From assembly GCA_046313635.1 (NCBI GenBank), contig JBKBYA010000013.1:9795-73794 (forward strand): DNA of 64,000 nucleotides. Reading direction: 5' to 3'. A program made the position numbers and the translations under genes. This stretch comes from Pyrinomonadaceae bacterium (GTDB lineage Bacteria > Acidobacteriota > Blastocatellia > Pyrinomonadales > Pyrinomonadaceae). A model generated the notes under the pieces. That model did no database searches. It was not told the origin of the DNA and saw only the letters and a list, made by a program, of their open reading frames with translations. This document shows, one piece after another, positions 43,494 through 52,417 of the stretch (position 1 is its first letter; the number at the start of each line of letters is the position of its first letter).

Positions 43494-44026
43494 TTTTAGC
43501 CCCTCCTAAGGTTGGCCCCGAAGCTACGAACATCTCGAGGGCAGTTTTTACAAAGAATTATCTAGTACGTCTCCACGCAAGCTCCCCCGGGTGCAGCGCT
43601 CGTAGATCGCGACCCGGGTTCGCAAATATGAATTGGAAGTGTGTCGAACTGTTTAACATACCCTTTCGAGTGGCGTCAAGACATTTCCTCGGGGGATTGA
43701 CGGTCCTCGCGAGGATCTCTCGAGCCCTCGGAAGCGGGCCGAATGCCCGAAAAGCTCTAAACGATTCGGAATGCCTATTCGCTGCATAAATCAAACAAAA
43801 GCAAACGTCTTAGCTTATTCGTGCAGCGAGCTGGTTAGTTCGTTTGACACAATATAGCACGAATCGAACGAAATTCCAGAAAAAAGCTCAGACCCCTAAA
43901 ACGGCTAATCCAAACGGCGGCTGCCCCGGCCCCCGACTTCGCGAAGGCGTGTTTTGCAGGGCGTTCACTTTTGATTTGTCACTCGGTAGAAAGAGCCAAT
44001 AGGCCAGGCTTCCAAGATTTGCGCGC

Positions 44027-44054
44027 AAAAAAAGGCAGGGCCGAAACCCTGCCT
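44027..44054 (-). terminator. Intrinsic terminator after the S8 peptidase gene
   Basis: Minus strand: aggcaggg-tttcgg-ccctgcct followed by ttttttt. Confidence 0.7.
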
Positions 44055-44093
44055 ATCACGCGGCATTCACCGCTCGTATTCAAACGACTGGTC

Positions 44094-46025
44094 TCATTCG
44101 CGATGCACGACGAAATCCATATCCGCGAGATCTTGGAGCAGCATGAAGGTCCTCGACTCGGTGATCGGCGTCCCCCGCTTCGACGGTAGAACCGACAGAA
44201 CGTAATATCGCGACACCGGAAGATCCTCGAAGGTGTAAAAGCCGAAGGAGTTTGAGATGCGGGTTACCGTCAGGCCCGTCTCCGTATCGAGAAGATTCAG
44301 GACCATACCCCGAACTCCCCGACCGTTCGCATCGACCACACGCCCGGTCACAAAGGCCGAAGCCGCCGTCGGAGCGAGAGGCTCGCTTGTGTAAGTGCAG
44401 AGAATGTCTGCTCCGGGCTGAGCCACGATCGACGCCGTCTTGTTAGCCAGATCAAGAGACGCGTCGGCCGCCGTCGTGGTGCCGTTCAATGTCTGCGTAC
44501 AGTCGATCGACGTCAGGCGGTAACCGTCAACCGGAGACTCGGTGACAATGATCGGATTCGAGCTGCCGAAGGCCTGCACGTTCGCATCTTGATAGGTCGT
44601 GTTGTCGACCAGTGTAAATGTCGCAGCGGCAAGACGTGTCGCACTAAAAGGGAAAGCCGCTGTCGATGAGGTGCTGGTGCTATTCTGTAGGCGCTTTTTG
44701 ACCGTTACGCGAGCGGAGCTTGGCGTCGGGCTGGGCGTCGGTGTGGCCGTCGGCGTCGGCGTCGGTGTCGCCGTCGGCGTCGGCGTCGGTGTGGCCGTCG
44801 GCGTCGGCGTCGGCGTCGGTGAGGTCGAGCTCAACCATGTATACAAAAGCAGATTGGGCGAGGCCGCATTGTTGGTGGTAAGCACACCGGTTGTCGCGGT
44901 GCTCCGAATGACCTGTGTAACTGTCGCAGCACTGGCAGTCGGATTTGCCGACAAGTAGATCGCCGCGGCACCGGCCACCATCGGAGCCGCCATAGACGAG
45001 CCGCCCAGCGTATTTGTAGCCGTATCGCTCGACGACCATGTGCTGATGATCTGGTGGCCGGGAGCAAAAAGGTCAACGCAGGATCCGTAATTCGAATAGA
45101 GTGCCCTAACGTCGTTGGGGTCGGAAGCTCCGACCGTGATGGCCGCCGGCGTGCGTGCAGGCGTGAAGTTGCACGCATCGTAGTTGCCGTTGCCGGACGC
45201 GACCGAATAGACGATTCCCGAGTTAATGGAGTTTGTAAGAGCGGTCTCGAGCGCCGGCGACGAACCCGCTGCAGCTACGCTGATATTTGCGACCGCAGGC
45301 CTGACGGCATTGGTCGTCACCCAGTTGATACCCGAGATCAAATTGGATATCTGGCCGTTGCCGTCGCACTGCATTACGCGCACGCCGTGAAGGTAGACGT
45401 TTTTTGCCACACCCCACGTAGCCGCGCCGATGGTTCCCGCGACGTGCGTGCCGTGACCGTTGCAGTCAAAACCATTTTGGCCGTCGCCGACAAAGTCGAC
45501 CGAAATGCTCGCGCGGCCACCAAACTCCACGTGCGTCGGCCGGATGCCCGTGTCGATCACGTAGGCGTGCACGCCCGCGCCGGCTGAGCTGTAGCTGTAC
45601 TGCGTATCGATCGGACGGTTGCGCTGGTCAACCCGATCGAGGTTCCATGGAGCTCCGGTTTGGGTGGCGGTGATCGAAATATAACCGTCCTCCTCGATCG
45701 ATCGGATGCTCGGATCGGCGGCCATTGCCTTGGCCTCCTCCGCTGACATCTCAGCGACAAATCCCTTGACGGCAGACGAAAAAACGGTCTTTACCGATCC
45801 GCCGTACAGCGAAACAAGGTAGAGACCTTGCGCCTCGACCTCCGGCTCGAGGGCCGCCGCTCCCGTTGTCTCCTCATCGAGAAGGATAATGTATCTATTT
45901 GGAACCGGTGATGCGGCGCGAACGACGTCGCTCTCTTTCTTTTGGGCTGAAGTCCCCGATGGGCCGATGGTCGCAATTCCGAGGACTGTGATGATAAATA
46001 CCGACAGGATCCAAAACTTTGTCAT
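44094..46025 (-). CDS. Secreted S8 (proteinase K/subtilisin-like) serine peptidase with I9 propeptide, Thr-Pro linker and the shared C-terminal tail
   Basis: Triad contexts YVIDTGI, NGHGTHVAGT, GGSSMAAPMVAG. TPTPTPTA linker, then prealbumin-like plus CarboxypepD_reg-like domains. Confidence 0.93.
   Translation of the reverse strand: MTKFWILSVFIITVLGIATIGPSGTSAQKKESDVVRAASPVPNRYIILLDEETTGAAALEPEVEAQGLYLVSLYGGSVKTVFSSAVKGFVAEMSAEEAKAMAADPSIRSIEEDGYISITATQTGAPWNLDRVDQRNRPIDTQYSYSSAGAGVHAYVIDTGIRPTHVEFGGRASISVDFVGDGQNGFDCNGHGTHVAGTIGAATWGVAKNVYLHGVRVMQCDGNGQISNLISGINWVTTNAVRPAVANISVAAAGSSPALETALTNSINSGIVYSVASGNGNYDACNFTPARTPAAITVGASDPNDVRALYSNYGSCVDLFAPGHQIISTWSSSDTATNTLGGSSMAAPMVAGAAAIYLSANPTASAATVTQVIRSTATTGVLTTNNAASPNLLLYTWLSSTSPTPTPTPTATPTPTPTATPTPTPTATPTPSPTPSSARVTVKKRLQNSTSTSSTAAFPFSATRLAAATFTLVDNTTYQDANVQAFGSSNPIIVTESPVDGYRLTSIDCTQTLNGTTTAADASLDLANKTASIVAQPGADILCTYTSEPLAPTAASAFVTGRVVDANGRGVRGMVLNLLDTETGLTVTRISNSFGFYTFEDLPVSRYYVLSVLPSKRGTPITESRTFMLLQDLADMDFVVHRE
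44727..44822. repeat. In-frame tandem repeat encoding the (TPTPTPTA)n linker of the S8 peptidase
   Basis: Iterated ggcgtcggcgtcggtgtggccgtc (24-bp period). Confidence 0.8.
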
Positions 46026-46258
46026 TTTTGACTTAACTCCGAGGAAGGTTTTTTAGAGAGGGGTTGGGAGTGCGAAGAGTTTTAGGGCGGATTTTGTCTC
46101 CCGTTTAACAAGGTACAACAAAGCCAAGCACGGGTCAACGGTTTTTCCGTTCAATTTGAGGCTTCTCTCGGTCAAACTGACCGATTCGCTGTCGGATTGG
46201 AATTTAGGCGGAGCGGACGATAAGATTTAAGCCGCGAAGGGAGGTCGCCGGCATTCAA

Positions 46259-46468
46259 ATGGAAGAACTCTTAATGGATTGCATTGGGAAGAGGATCGAC
46301 GTTTCGTGCTCGTCACCGGTAGTTTATCGCGGAGTGGCTGCGGAGATACGTTCGGGGCTGCTCGTGCTTAAGGGCGACGACGGCAATCCGGTTTACATCG
46401 CGATCGATAAGATATCGGCGGTGTACGAATGCAGCGACCATATATCACGTCCAGGCTTTATCGCGTGA
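46259..46468 (+). CDS. Hypothetical small protein (possible Sm-like beta-barrel)
   Basis: 69-aa ORF, pattern GKRIDV....VVYRGVAAEIRSGLLVLKGDDGNPVYIAIDKISAV. Followed by a perfect palindrome. Confidence 0.35.
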   Translation: MEELLMDCIGKRIDVSCSSPVVYRGVAAEIRSGLLVLKGDDGNPVYIAIDKISAVYECSDHISRPGFIA

Positions 46469-46494
46469 GCGTCGTCCGAACACGGAATGCAGAA

Positions 46495-46524
46495 AGAGCC
46501 CGCGTCGTGCACGACGCGGGCTCT
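46495..46524. terminator. Perfect 30-bp palindrome between convergent genes
   Basis: agagcccgcgtcgtg / cacgacgcgggctct. Confidence 0.55.
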
Positions 46525-46558
46525 CTATTTATCGCTTTAGGCTCAGTATCCGGTACGG

Positions 46559-47314
46559 CTACTTTGCAAGAGATTCCTCGATCGCCAGCTCGTTCGGCAC
46601 CGGCGACAGCCGGCGAAAGCCGACGATCCGGTTAGCCCAATATCCCTCAAATTTTGAGTACGTGATGCCCTTGCTTGACGAGGCGTGATAAAAACCGTCT
46701 TTGTCCGCGACGATGCCGACGTGTCCCAGACGGTTGAAGAAAACGAGAGTACCCAACTTAAACCGCTCATCGCCCTCGACCGGGACAGAAGCCTGCCAAA
46801 GGCTGCGTGCGCTCGAGCGTTCAAAGTCGATCCCGGCATCTCGGAAAACCGCCCAAACGAATCCCGAGCAGTCGTATCGATTCGGCCCGGTCGAGCCGTA
46901 GAGGTACGGAATGCCGAGCTTTGACGTGATCGACTGCAGCATTCTCGAGCTGACGTCATTGCCGTAGGCGGTGGCACGGCCCGCGAGCATGGTCGATACG
47001 TTCAGCGGTGAAGCGGAACCTGTCTTTTGAACGAGCGGCTTTTGGACGACGATCTCATTTGTCAGCGTCGGGCCCGCGGCCGAACGTTCGACATTTGTGG
47101 GCTGGGCTATGACCGGCTGGTTAACTGGGCGCGACGAAACGAGAGGCTGCGTACGTGCGGGTAGAGATGGTGTAACGGTCGGCTGATTGATCGGCCGGCT
47201 TGAGACCGGCCGTACGACTCGGTCGCGGGTTTGCGCCGTTGTGATCTCCACCGCGCCCGCGATCATAAAAACTGCACAGACCGCGAGACGAACGAACTTC
47301 TCAAATTTCATCAA
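46559..47314 (-). CDS. C40 family (NlpC/P60) peptidoglycan peptidase
   Basis: Signal anchor. GIPYLYGSTGPNRYDCSGFVWAVF ... GHVGIV ... YHASS (Cys-His-His). Confidence 0.9.
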   Translation of the reverse strand: MMKFEKFVRLAVCAVFMIAGAVEITTAQTRDRVVRPVSSRPINQPTVTPSLPARTQPLVSSRPVNQPVIAQPTNVERSAAGPTLTNEIVVQKPLVQKTGSASPLNVSTMLAGRATAYGNDVSSRMLQSITSKLGIPYLYGSTGPNRYDCSGFVWAVFRDAGIDFERSSARSLWQASVPVEGDERFKLGTLVFFNRLGHVGIVADKDGFYHASSSKGITYSKFEGYWANRIVGFRRLSPVPNELAIEESLAK

Positions 47315-47613
47315 GTAATAACTCCTTTTTAGTTTTGTCCGGCCGAAGTGAGGTTCGAGCTTATGAAGTATGCTCGTTCACAAAAAGAAAGCCGGTTCCC
47401 GCTTGTACTGTTTAATGACCCAGTTGTGTTTCTAGGGGTTGGTAGGCCAAACAAAGATTAGCAAAGCGCGGGCGACGCTGGCAAGTGAGATCTCCATTTT
47501 TTTGGAAATCATCAAAATTTTGGATGAAATTTGCCCTTGCAGCTATCTCGATCGAGTGCCGCGGGGGCGTGAGCGATATTGAAAGAGCTGAAAAAAAGCG
47601 CTGCTTCGGCCAT

Positions 47614-47653
47614 AAAAAAAGGCCCCGGATCGAAGCTCGACCCGAGGCCTTTT
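47614..47653 (-). terminator. Intrinsic terminator after the A-type Fe-S carrier gene
   Basis: Minus strand: ggcctcgggtcgagcttcgatccggggcc followed by ttttttt. Confidence 0.7.
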
Positions 47654-47674
47654 CAGTTGATTTGCCGTGACAGC

Positions 47675-48031
47675 TTAGGCCGAGAAAGAGGTTCCGCAGC
47701 CGCAGCCTCCTGTGGCGTTCGGATTCTCGAACGTAAAGCCCGAGCCCATCATGTTTGACGTGTAGTCGATAGTCACGCCGTTCAGGTACTGCGCCGAGAA
47801 CATATCGACAAAAAGCCTTATGCCCTGCTGATCGAGAATAAAGTCGCCCTGCCGCGAATCTTCCTCGATGTTGAGACTGTACTGGAAGCCGGAGCATCCG
47901 CCCGGCACGACGCGAACCCGCAGGCCGGCCGTCTCCGGGAGATCCTCTTCACCGGCCATGAATTTCTTTATCTCGACCGCCGCGTTCTCGGTCACATTCA
48001 ACTCAACTGTCGGGGCTGCAACTGCTGACAT
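47675..48031 (-). CDS. A-type iron-sulfur cluster carrier (HesB/IscA/ErpA family)
   Basis: ..GCSGFQYSL.. and C-terminal GCGCGTSF. AAGGAG SD before MSAVAAP. Confidence 0.9.
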   Translation of the reverse strand: MSAVAAPTVELNVTENAAVEIKKFMAGEEDLPETAGLRVRVVPGGCSGFQYSLNIEEDSRQGDFILDQQGIRLFVDMFSAQYLNGVTIDYTSNMMGSGFTFENPNATGGCGCGTSFSA

Positions 48032-48199
48032 CTTTTGTTTTCTCCTTTGCAAATGTGGGCCTCGGCCCTGACGGCCGAATCCTTACGATATTGTCAATAT
48101 TACACGAGGCCGAGCTGAATTAACAAGCTTGCAGATCGGCCCTCCGGAGCCGGTCTTTGTACCGCGGAGGGCATATCTGCGTGTCGACGTGACGAGCGG

Positions 48200-48560
48200 T
48201 CAATTGGGATTTTCGGTCAGCTTTTCGCGCCGCGTGACCCAGAGATCCTGATCACCCGAACCTCCCGGGCGAATCGACATAAAATACAGCTCGGTCCCGT
48301 CAAACGAAAGCGATGGGCCGCCATCGAGGGCACTGCTGTTCACGAGCGGTCCCAGGTTAGTGGGCGTGGACCAGGCGCATTCCGGCAGGTCGCCGACACA
48401 AGCTTTCTTCGAGGTGCACAGGTCTTGAAGACCGGTCGTGCCCGGCCGGTTTGAGTCAAAAAAGATCTCAAGCCCGTCTCGAATCCTGATCTTTGGCCTG
48501 ATGTCATTAGCCGTCGAGTTTAGCGATACGACGGGATAGGCGGGGCCGGCGGTCCCGTTC
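48200..48560 (-). pseudogene. 5'-truncated PD40 (TolB-like WD40-like beta-propeller) gene fragment
   Basis: Own translation: ..VVSLNSTANDIRPKIRIRDGLEIFFDSNRPGTTGLQDL..WSTPTNLGPLVNSSALDGGPSLSFDGTELYFMSIRPGGSGDQDLWVTRREKLTENPN*. In-frame TAG upstream and no start codon. Confidence 0.55.
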
Positions 48561-49065
48561 GATCGAATCGCGTTCGTCTCATCGCGGAGCGGTGTGTCCG
48601 ATTGTCTGTGCTTTTTTATCTACGGCACCGACCAACCGTTGATGGGCGGCGCGATCTGGGTGATGCCGACCTTTGGAGGCAGCCCGAGGAAGATCGTCGA
48701 CACGGGGACCTTTCCGTCCTGATCGCCCGACGGCTCCTCGCTGATCTTTACGAGAGGCCCTTGGTAGGGCCAAAGCATCTTTAAGGTCTCGGCAAATGGA
48801 GGCGAGCCCCAGGAGATAGCCGTAAACCTGAAAAAGGCCTCGCCGTTCATCGCCTATCCCAGTTATTCGCCCGACGGCGCCACTATCCTTTTCGAGGCGG
48901 CAAACAATATTTTTGTCGTACCCGCTGCGGGCGGCGATGCGACCCCGGTCGTCGAAGGAAAACATCCGGTCTGGAGTTCTGACGGAAACGCGATCTTTTA
49001 CACGAATGTCGAGGCAGGCAAGAACTACACGCTCTGGCAGCCGATATCTGGCTGCTGGCTTTGAA
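48540..49065 (+). pseudogene. 5'-truncated PD40 beta-propeller gene fragment with two in-frame stops
   Basis: Own translation: ..DRIAFVSSRSGVSD..FFIYGTDQPLMGGAIWVMPTFGGSPRKIVDTGTFPS*SPDGSSLIFTRGPW*GQSIFKVSANGGEPQEIAV..YSPDGATILFEA..PVWSSDGNAIFYT..*. TGA at 48720-48722, TAG at 48765-48767. Confidence 0.6.
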
Positions 49066-49224
49066 TCAATAGTCTCCGGAGGCCGCGGGCCTCGAGCGTG
49101 AAGCCACTGCAATAGAGATCACGACCCTCGACCTTGCGGCCGTGATGCAGCACGCGAGAGGCGATCTCCTTGTCGGGCGTTTCAAGTATCGACCCCCGTT
49201 TGCCGCCGGTCGCAAATAAATGTC

Positions 49225-50304
49225 TTACGCCCGGCGCATGACGACCAGCTCGGGCTTCATCGCTTCGATCGAGACCTGTCTTGCGACCTCCTCGGCGACC
49301 TTTCGGAATGCAGCGGCCTGGGGCGAATCGGGTGCCGAGACGACGACGGGCGAGCCTTTGTCGCCGCCTTCGCGGACCTCGATCCCGAGCGGCACCTCGC
49401 CGAGGAAGTTGAGGCCGTATTCGTCGGCCAGCTTTTGCCCGCCGCCTTTGCCAAAGATCTCGTACTTGTTGCCCGTGTCGGGCGCGATGAAGTACGACAT
49501 ATTCTCGATCACGCCGAGCACCGGCACATTCACCTGCTCAAACATCTTCACCGCACGCCGCACGTCCGAGAGCGAAACTTCCTGCGGCGTCGTCACAAGC
49601 ACCGAGCCCTGCACGGGCACGAGCTGCGCGAGCGAGAGCTGTACGTCGCCGGTCCCGGGCGGCATATCGACGATCAAGTAATCGAGTTCACCCCAATTCA
49701 CGTCCGTTAGGAATTGCCGCACCACGCCGTGCAGCATCGGGCCGCGGAGGATCATCGGCTTGTCGGGCGGCACGAGCACGGCCATCGAGATCATCTTCAC
49801 GCCGTGCGCCTCGATCGGCACGAGCTGGCCGTTGAGCACGTCGGGCTGGCCGTAGCCGGTACCGAGCATAAGCGGAACGTTCGGGCCGTAAACGTCGGCG
49901 TCCATCAGGCCGACCTTTGCACCGTCGAGCGCAAGCGCGACCGCGAGGTTGACGGCGACGGTCGATTTGCCGACGCCGCCTTTGCCGCTCGAGACGGCGA
50001 TGATGTTCTTGACGCCGGGAATGGCGACGTTGTTTGCGATGCCGCGTCCCTGCGGCACCTCGGCGTCCATCGTCACGTTCACGTTCGCGACGCCCGGCAG
50101 CACGCGGACGATCTCGCGGGCCATCCCTTCCATCTCGTCCTTGACCGGGCACGCCGGCGTCGTCAGCACGATGCGGAACGAGACGTCGCCGCCGTCGATC
50201 TTCAGGTCGCGGACGAAGCCGAGCGTGACGATATCCTTTCGCAGGTCGGGGTCGATGATCTGCTTAAGCGAATCCAATACGATCTCTTCTGATATTTGGC
50301 TCAT
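49225..50304 (-). CDS. apbC: Fe-S cluster carrier ATPase Mrp/ApbC (NBP35 family)
   Basis: N-terminal DUF59 (DPDLRKDIVTLGFV), deviant Walker A SGKGGVGKST, CPxC-like region. Start trimmed to MSQISEEIV. Confidence 0.93.
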   Translation of the reverse strand: MSQISEEIVLDSLKQIIDPDLRKDIVTLGFVRDLKIDGGDVSFRIVLTTPACPVKDEMEGMAREIVRVLPGVANVNVTMDAEVPQGRGIANNVAIPGVKNIIAVSSGKGGVGKSTVAVNLAVALALDGAKVGLMDADVYGPNVPLMLGTGYGQPDVLNGQLVPIEAHGVKMISMAVLVPPDKPMILRGPMLHGVVRQFLTDVNWGELDYLIVDMPPGTGDVQLSLAQLVPVQGSVLVTTPQEVSLSDVRRAVKMFEQVNVPVLGVIENMSYFIAPDTGNKYEIFGKGGGQKLADEYGLNFLGEVPLGIEVREGGDKGSPVVVSAPDSPQAAAFRKVAEEVARQVSIEAMKPELVVMRRA

Positions 50305-50424
50305 TACGGTTTGATAAACAGGCAAATTCGGAAAGTAGAATTCTACCAAACGGCGGTCGGATCATCGATCGCGGACGGGCGGCAAGTTGGCCTCGCAGGC
50401 CGCGGAATTCGATAATGGTCGTGA

Positions 50425-51039
50425 ATGAGCGCCTCACGATCCGAGCTTTTCCGAGAGTTTTACCTGCAGGCACAGGCGTGCCGCGTCTGCCCGGACCTTG
50501 CCGACAAGACCGCCGTTCTGAGCGAGCTTAACGGCAATCTCGCGCCGCGCGTCTTCTTTATCGGCGAGGCCCCGGGCCGGCAGGGGGCCGACCGCACGCG
50601 GCGGCCCTTCTACGGCGACAAGTCGGGCGCGAACTTTCAGCAGCTGCTCGACTCGATCGGGCTGAAGCGCGAAGACATCTTTATCACGAGTGCCGTGATG
50701 TGCAGCCCGCGTTCGGCGACCGACGCCAATCGCAGACCGACGCGCAGCGAGATCAAAAATTGCTCGACGCACCTTCGCCGCACGATCGAGCTCGTCGATC
50801 CGCCGCTGATCGCCACGCTCGGCAGCGTCGCGCTCGAGTCGCTCAAGCTGATCGAGCCGCACGACCTCACGCTCAAAATTCACGCAGGCACCGTCAACCG
50901 CTGGAACGGCCGCACGCTCGTTCCGCTCTATCACCCGAGCCCGCAGGTCATCGCATCGCAGCGCGGCCTCGCGCTGCAGCTCAAACACTTCGCGACGCTC
51001 GCTAGCTTGATCGATCCCTTCGGAATAACTGAGAACTGA
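50425..51039 (+). CDS. Uracil-DNA glycosylase superfamily protein (family 4-like)
   Basis: CRVCPDL.., FFIGEAPGRQG, ..LYHPSP... The last 6 codons and the stop lie in the left arm of a heptamer hairpin. Confidence 0.85.
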   Translation: MSASRSELFREFYLQAQACRVCPDLADKTAVLSELNGNLAPRVFFIGEAPGRQGADRTRRPFYGDKSGANFQQLLDSIGLKREDIFITSAVMCSPRSATDANRRPTRSEIKNCSTHLRRTIELVDPPLIATLGSVALESLKLIEPHDLTLKIHAGTVNRWNGRTLVPLYHPSPQVIASQRGLALQLKHFATLASLIDPFGITEN

Positions 51040-51088
51040 TAGCGAGAAGAAGTTGTCAGTTATCAGCTATCAGTTATCACTTATTCCG
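51021..51088. repeat. Heptamer-array hairpin (unit AACTGAT / CAGTTAT) overlapping the 3' end of the UDG gene
   Basis: cggaataactgagaactgatagc, then loop, then gtcagttat cagctat cagttat cacttattccg. The arms match at 21/23 positions. Confidence 0.8.
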
Positions 51089-51152
51089 AAAGTGTCCCGT
51101 TTTCATTTTCCCGACCCGGCAGAATAAACTGACAACAAGACAGCAGCGATAG

Positions 51153-52088
51153 ATGGAGCAGAATTTCACAGACGCTTACGACCGCATCCGCTCGGGCGGG
51201 TTGGGATTTATCCGGATGCCTCGCGGCATCGTTGCGGTGCACGGCAAAGAGGCCGTGCAGTTTCTCAACGGGCTGATCACCAACGACGTCGCAAAGCTCA
51301 ACGACGGCGACCAGATGCTCGCGGCCTTTCCGAATGCGCAGGGGCGACTGATCGCGGTCGTTCGAGTGGCGCGGATCGGCGATAGATTTATTTTTGAGAC
51401 CGAAGAAGCGACGCGCGAAAAGGTCTACAACAACCTGTTTCGTTTTACATTCGCGGGAGACTTCTTTGTCGAGGACCTGCACGAGAGCTATAGGTTCTTT
51501 TCGATCGCCGGTGAAATGACCGATGGAGCTTCGCTGCCTGAAGGGTCGATCGTCCTTGATTCACGGCTCGGCCGAGATGTTCTCGTGCCTGCGACAGAAG
51601 CGGAGAATTTTGTCGAAGATCTGCGTCGCATCGACGCGGTCGAGATCTCGCCCGAGCTTTACGAGACGCTGCGGATCGAGGCGGGCATTCCGCTTTACGG
51701 CGTCGATATGGACGAAACGACGATCGTGCCCGAGCTCGATCTTGACGGGATGATCTCTTATAACAAAGGCTGCTACATCGGTCAGGAGATCATCGCGCGG
51801 ATACACTTTCGCGGCCACGTGGCAAAGCAGTTGACCGGGATAGTTTTCGCATCGGCGCCCGGCCAACAGGCAGAAACACGACCGGTAGGGAGCGTGTCCC
51901 CAGAGGCGACCGAACTTGAAACAGCCGACGGAAAAAACGCCGGCCGGATCACATCGGTCACCTTTTCACCAAAGCTCGGCAAAACCGTCGCTCTGGCCTA
52001 CGTCCGCTACGACCATCTGGCCGAAGGCACTGAGTTGTACGCTAACGATCTGCCCGCAATCGTAAAGCCGCTGCCTTTCGTCAGCTAG
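51153..52088 (+). CDS. ygfZ: Folate-binding protein YgfZ (tRNA-modifying, GcvT-like)
   Basis: GcvT-like fold and signature KGCYIGQEIIARIHFRG. Confidence 0.85.
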   Translation: MEQNFTDAYDRIRSGGLGFIRMPRGIVAVHGKEAVQFLNGLITNDVAKLNDGDQMLAAFPNAQGRLIAVVRVARIGDRFIFETEEATREKVYNNLFRFTFAGDFFVEDLHESYRFFSIAGEMTDGASLPEGSIVLDSRLGRDVLVPATEAENFVEDLRRIDAVEISPELYETLRIEAGIPLYGVDMDETTIVPELDLDGMISYNKGCYIGQEIIARIHFRGHVAKQLTGIVFASAPGQQAETRPVGSVSPEATELETADGKNAGRITSVTFSPKLGKTVALAYVRYDHLAEGTELYANDLPAIVKPLPFVS

Positions 52089-52089
52089 A

Positions 52090-52365
52090 ATGAATGTCAA
52101 TCAAATCATTATGACCGACCGCGACATCGACCTGCCCAACGCCAAGCTCGCATACACGATCATCCAGTCTCTGCTCGAGGGCCACGAGGCGCTCAGCGAC
52201 CTGCTCGTCGTGATGTCGCACGCGCTCGACGAAGAGATGCTCAAAGCGCTGACCGGCACCGGCGAATGGCAGCGATATCTCGACTCAAAACGCGAGCTCG
52301 AACGCACGCACGCACAGATCGAAAAACTCACAGACGAACTGCGTCGATTAGATGCGGCGTCGTAA
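52090..52365 (+). CDS. Hypothetical helical protein
   Basis: 91-aa ORF starting 1 nt after the ygfZ stop. No family recognised. Confidence 0.4.
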   Translation: MNVNQIIMTDRDIDLPNAKLAYTIIQSLLEGHEALSDLLVVMSHALDEEMLKALTGTGEWQRYLDSKRELERTHAQIEKLTDELRRLDAAS

Positions 52366-52372
52366 CTGGAGC

Positions 52373-52410
52373 GTAATTATTGATTGAACAATTAGTAATT
52401 AGTAATTAAC
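52373..52410. repeat. Weak AT-rich heptamer-array hairpin (unit AGTAATT)
   Basis: gtaattattgattg, aa, caatt agtaatt agtaatt aac. Arm pairing is only approximate. Confidence 0.4.
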
Positions 52411-52417
52411 TATCGAA

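Noticed and set aside
48720-48722. In-frame TGA at a conserved Trp position as evidence for UGA=Trp or selenocysteine recoding.
   Set aside because: Many confident genes in the window terminate at TGA, including the 564..1322 PilZ gene, the histidine kinase and the UDG gene. A TAG interrupts the same ORF 45 nt later, the gene also lacks a 5' end, and no SECIS-like hairpin follows. A pseudogene is the simpler reading.
48579-49112. 177-aa and 76-aa minus-strand ORFs (48579..49112 and 48620..48850).
   Set aside because: Both are antisense to the + strand PD40 repeats, which show clear (W)SPDG family motifs. The antisense translations have no recognisable features.
49066-49224. Possible short coding remnant between the PD40 pseudogene and apbC. 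The minus frame reads ..ATGGKRGSILETPDKEIASRVLHHGRKVEGRDLYCSGFTLEARG.., and the + frame also stays open.
   Set aside because: It has no start codon, both strands have similar third-position GC, and no family was recognised. It is left unannotated.
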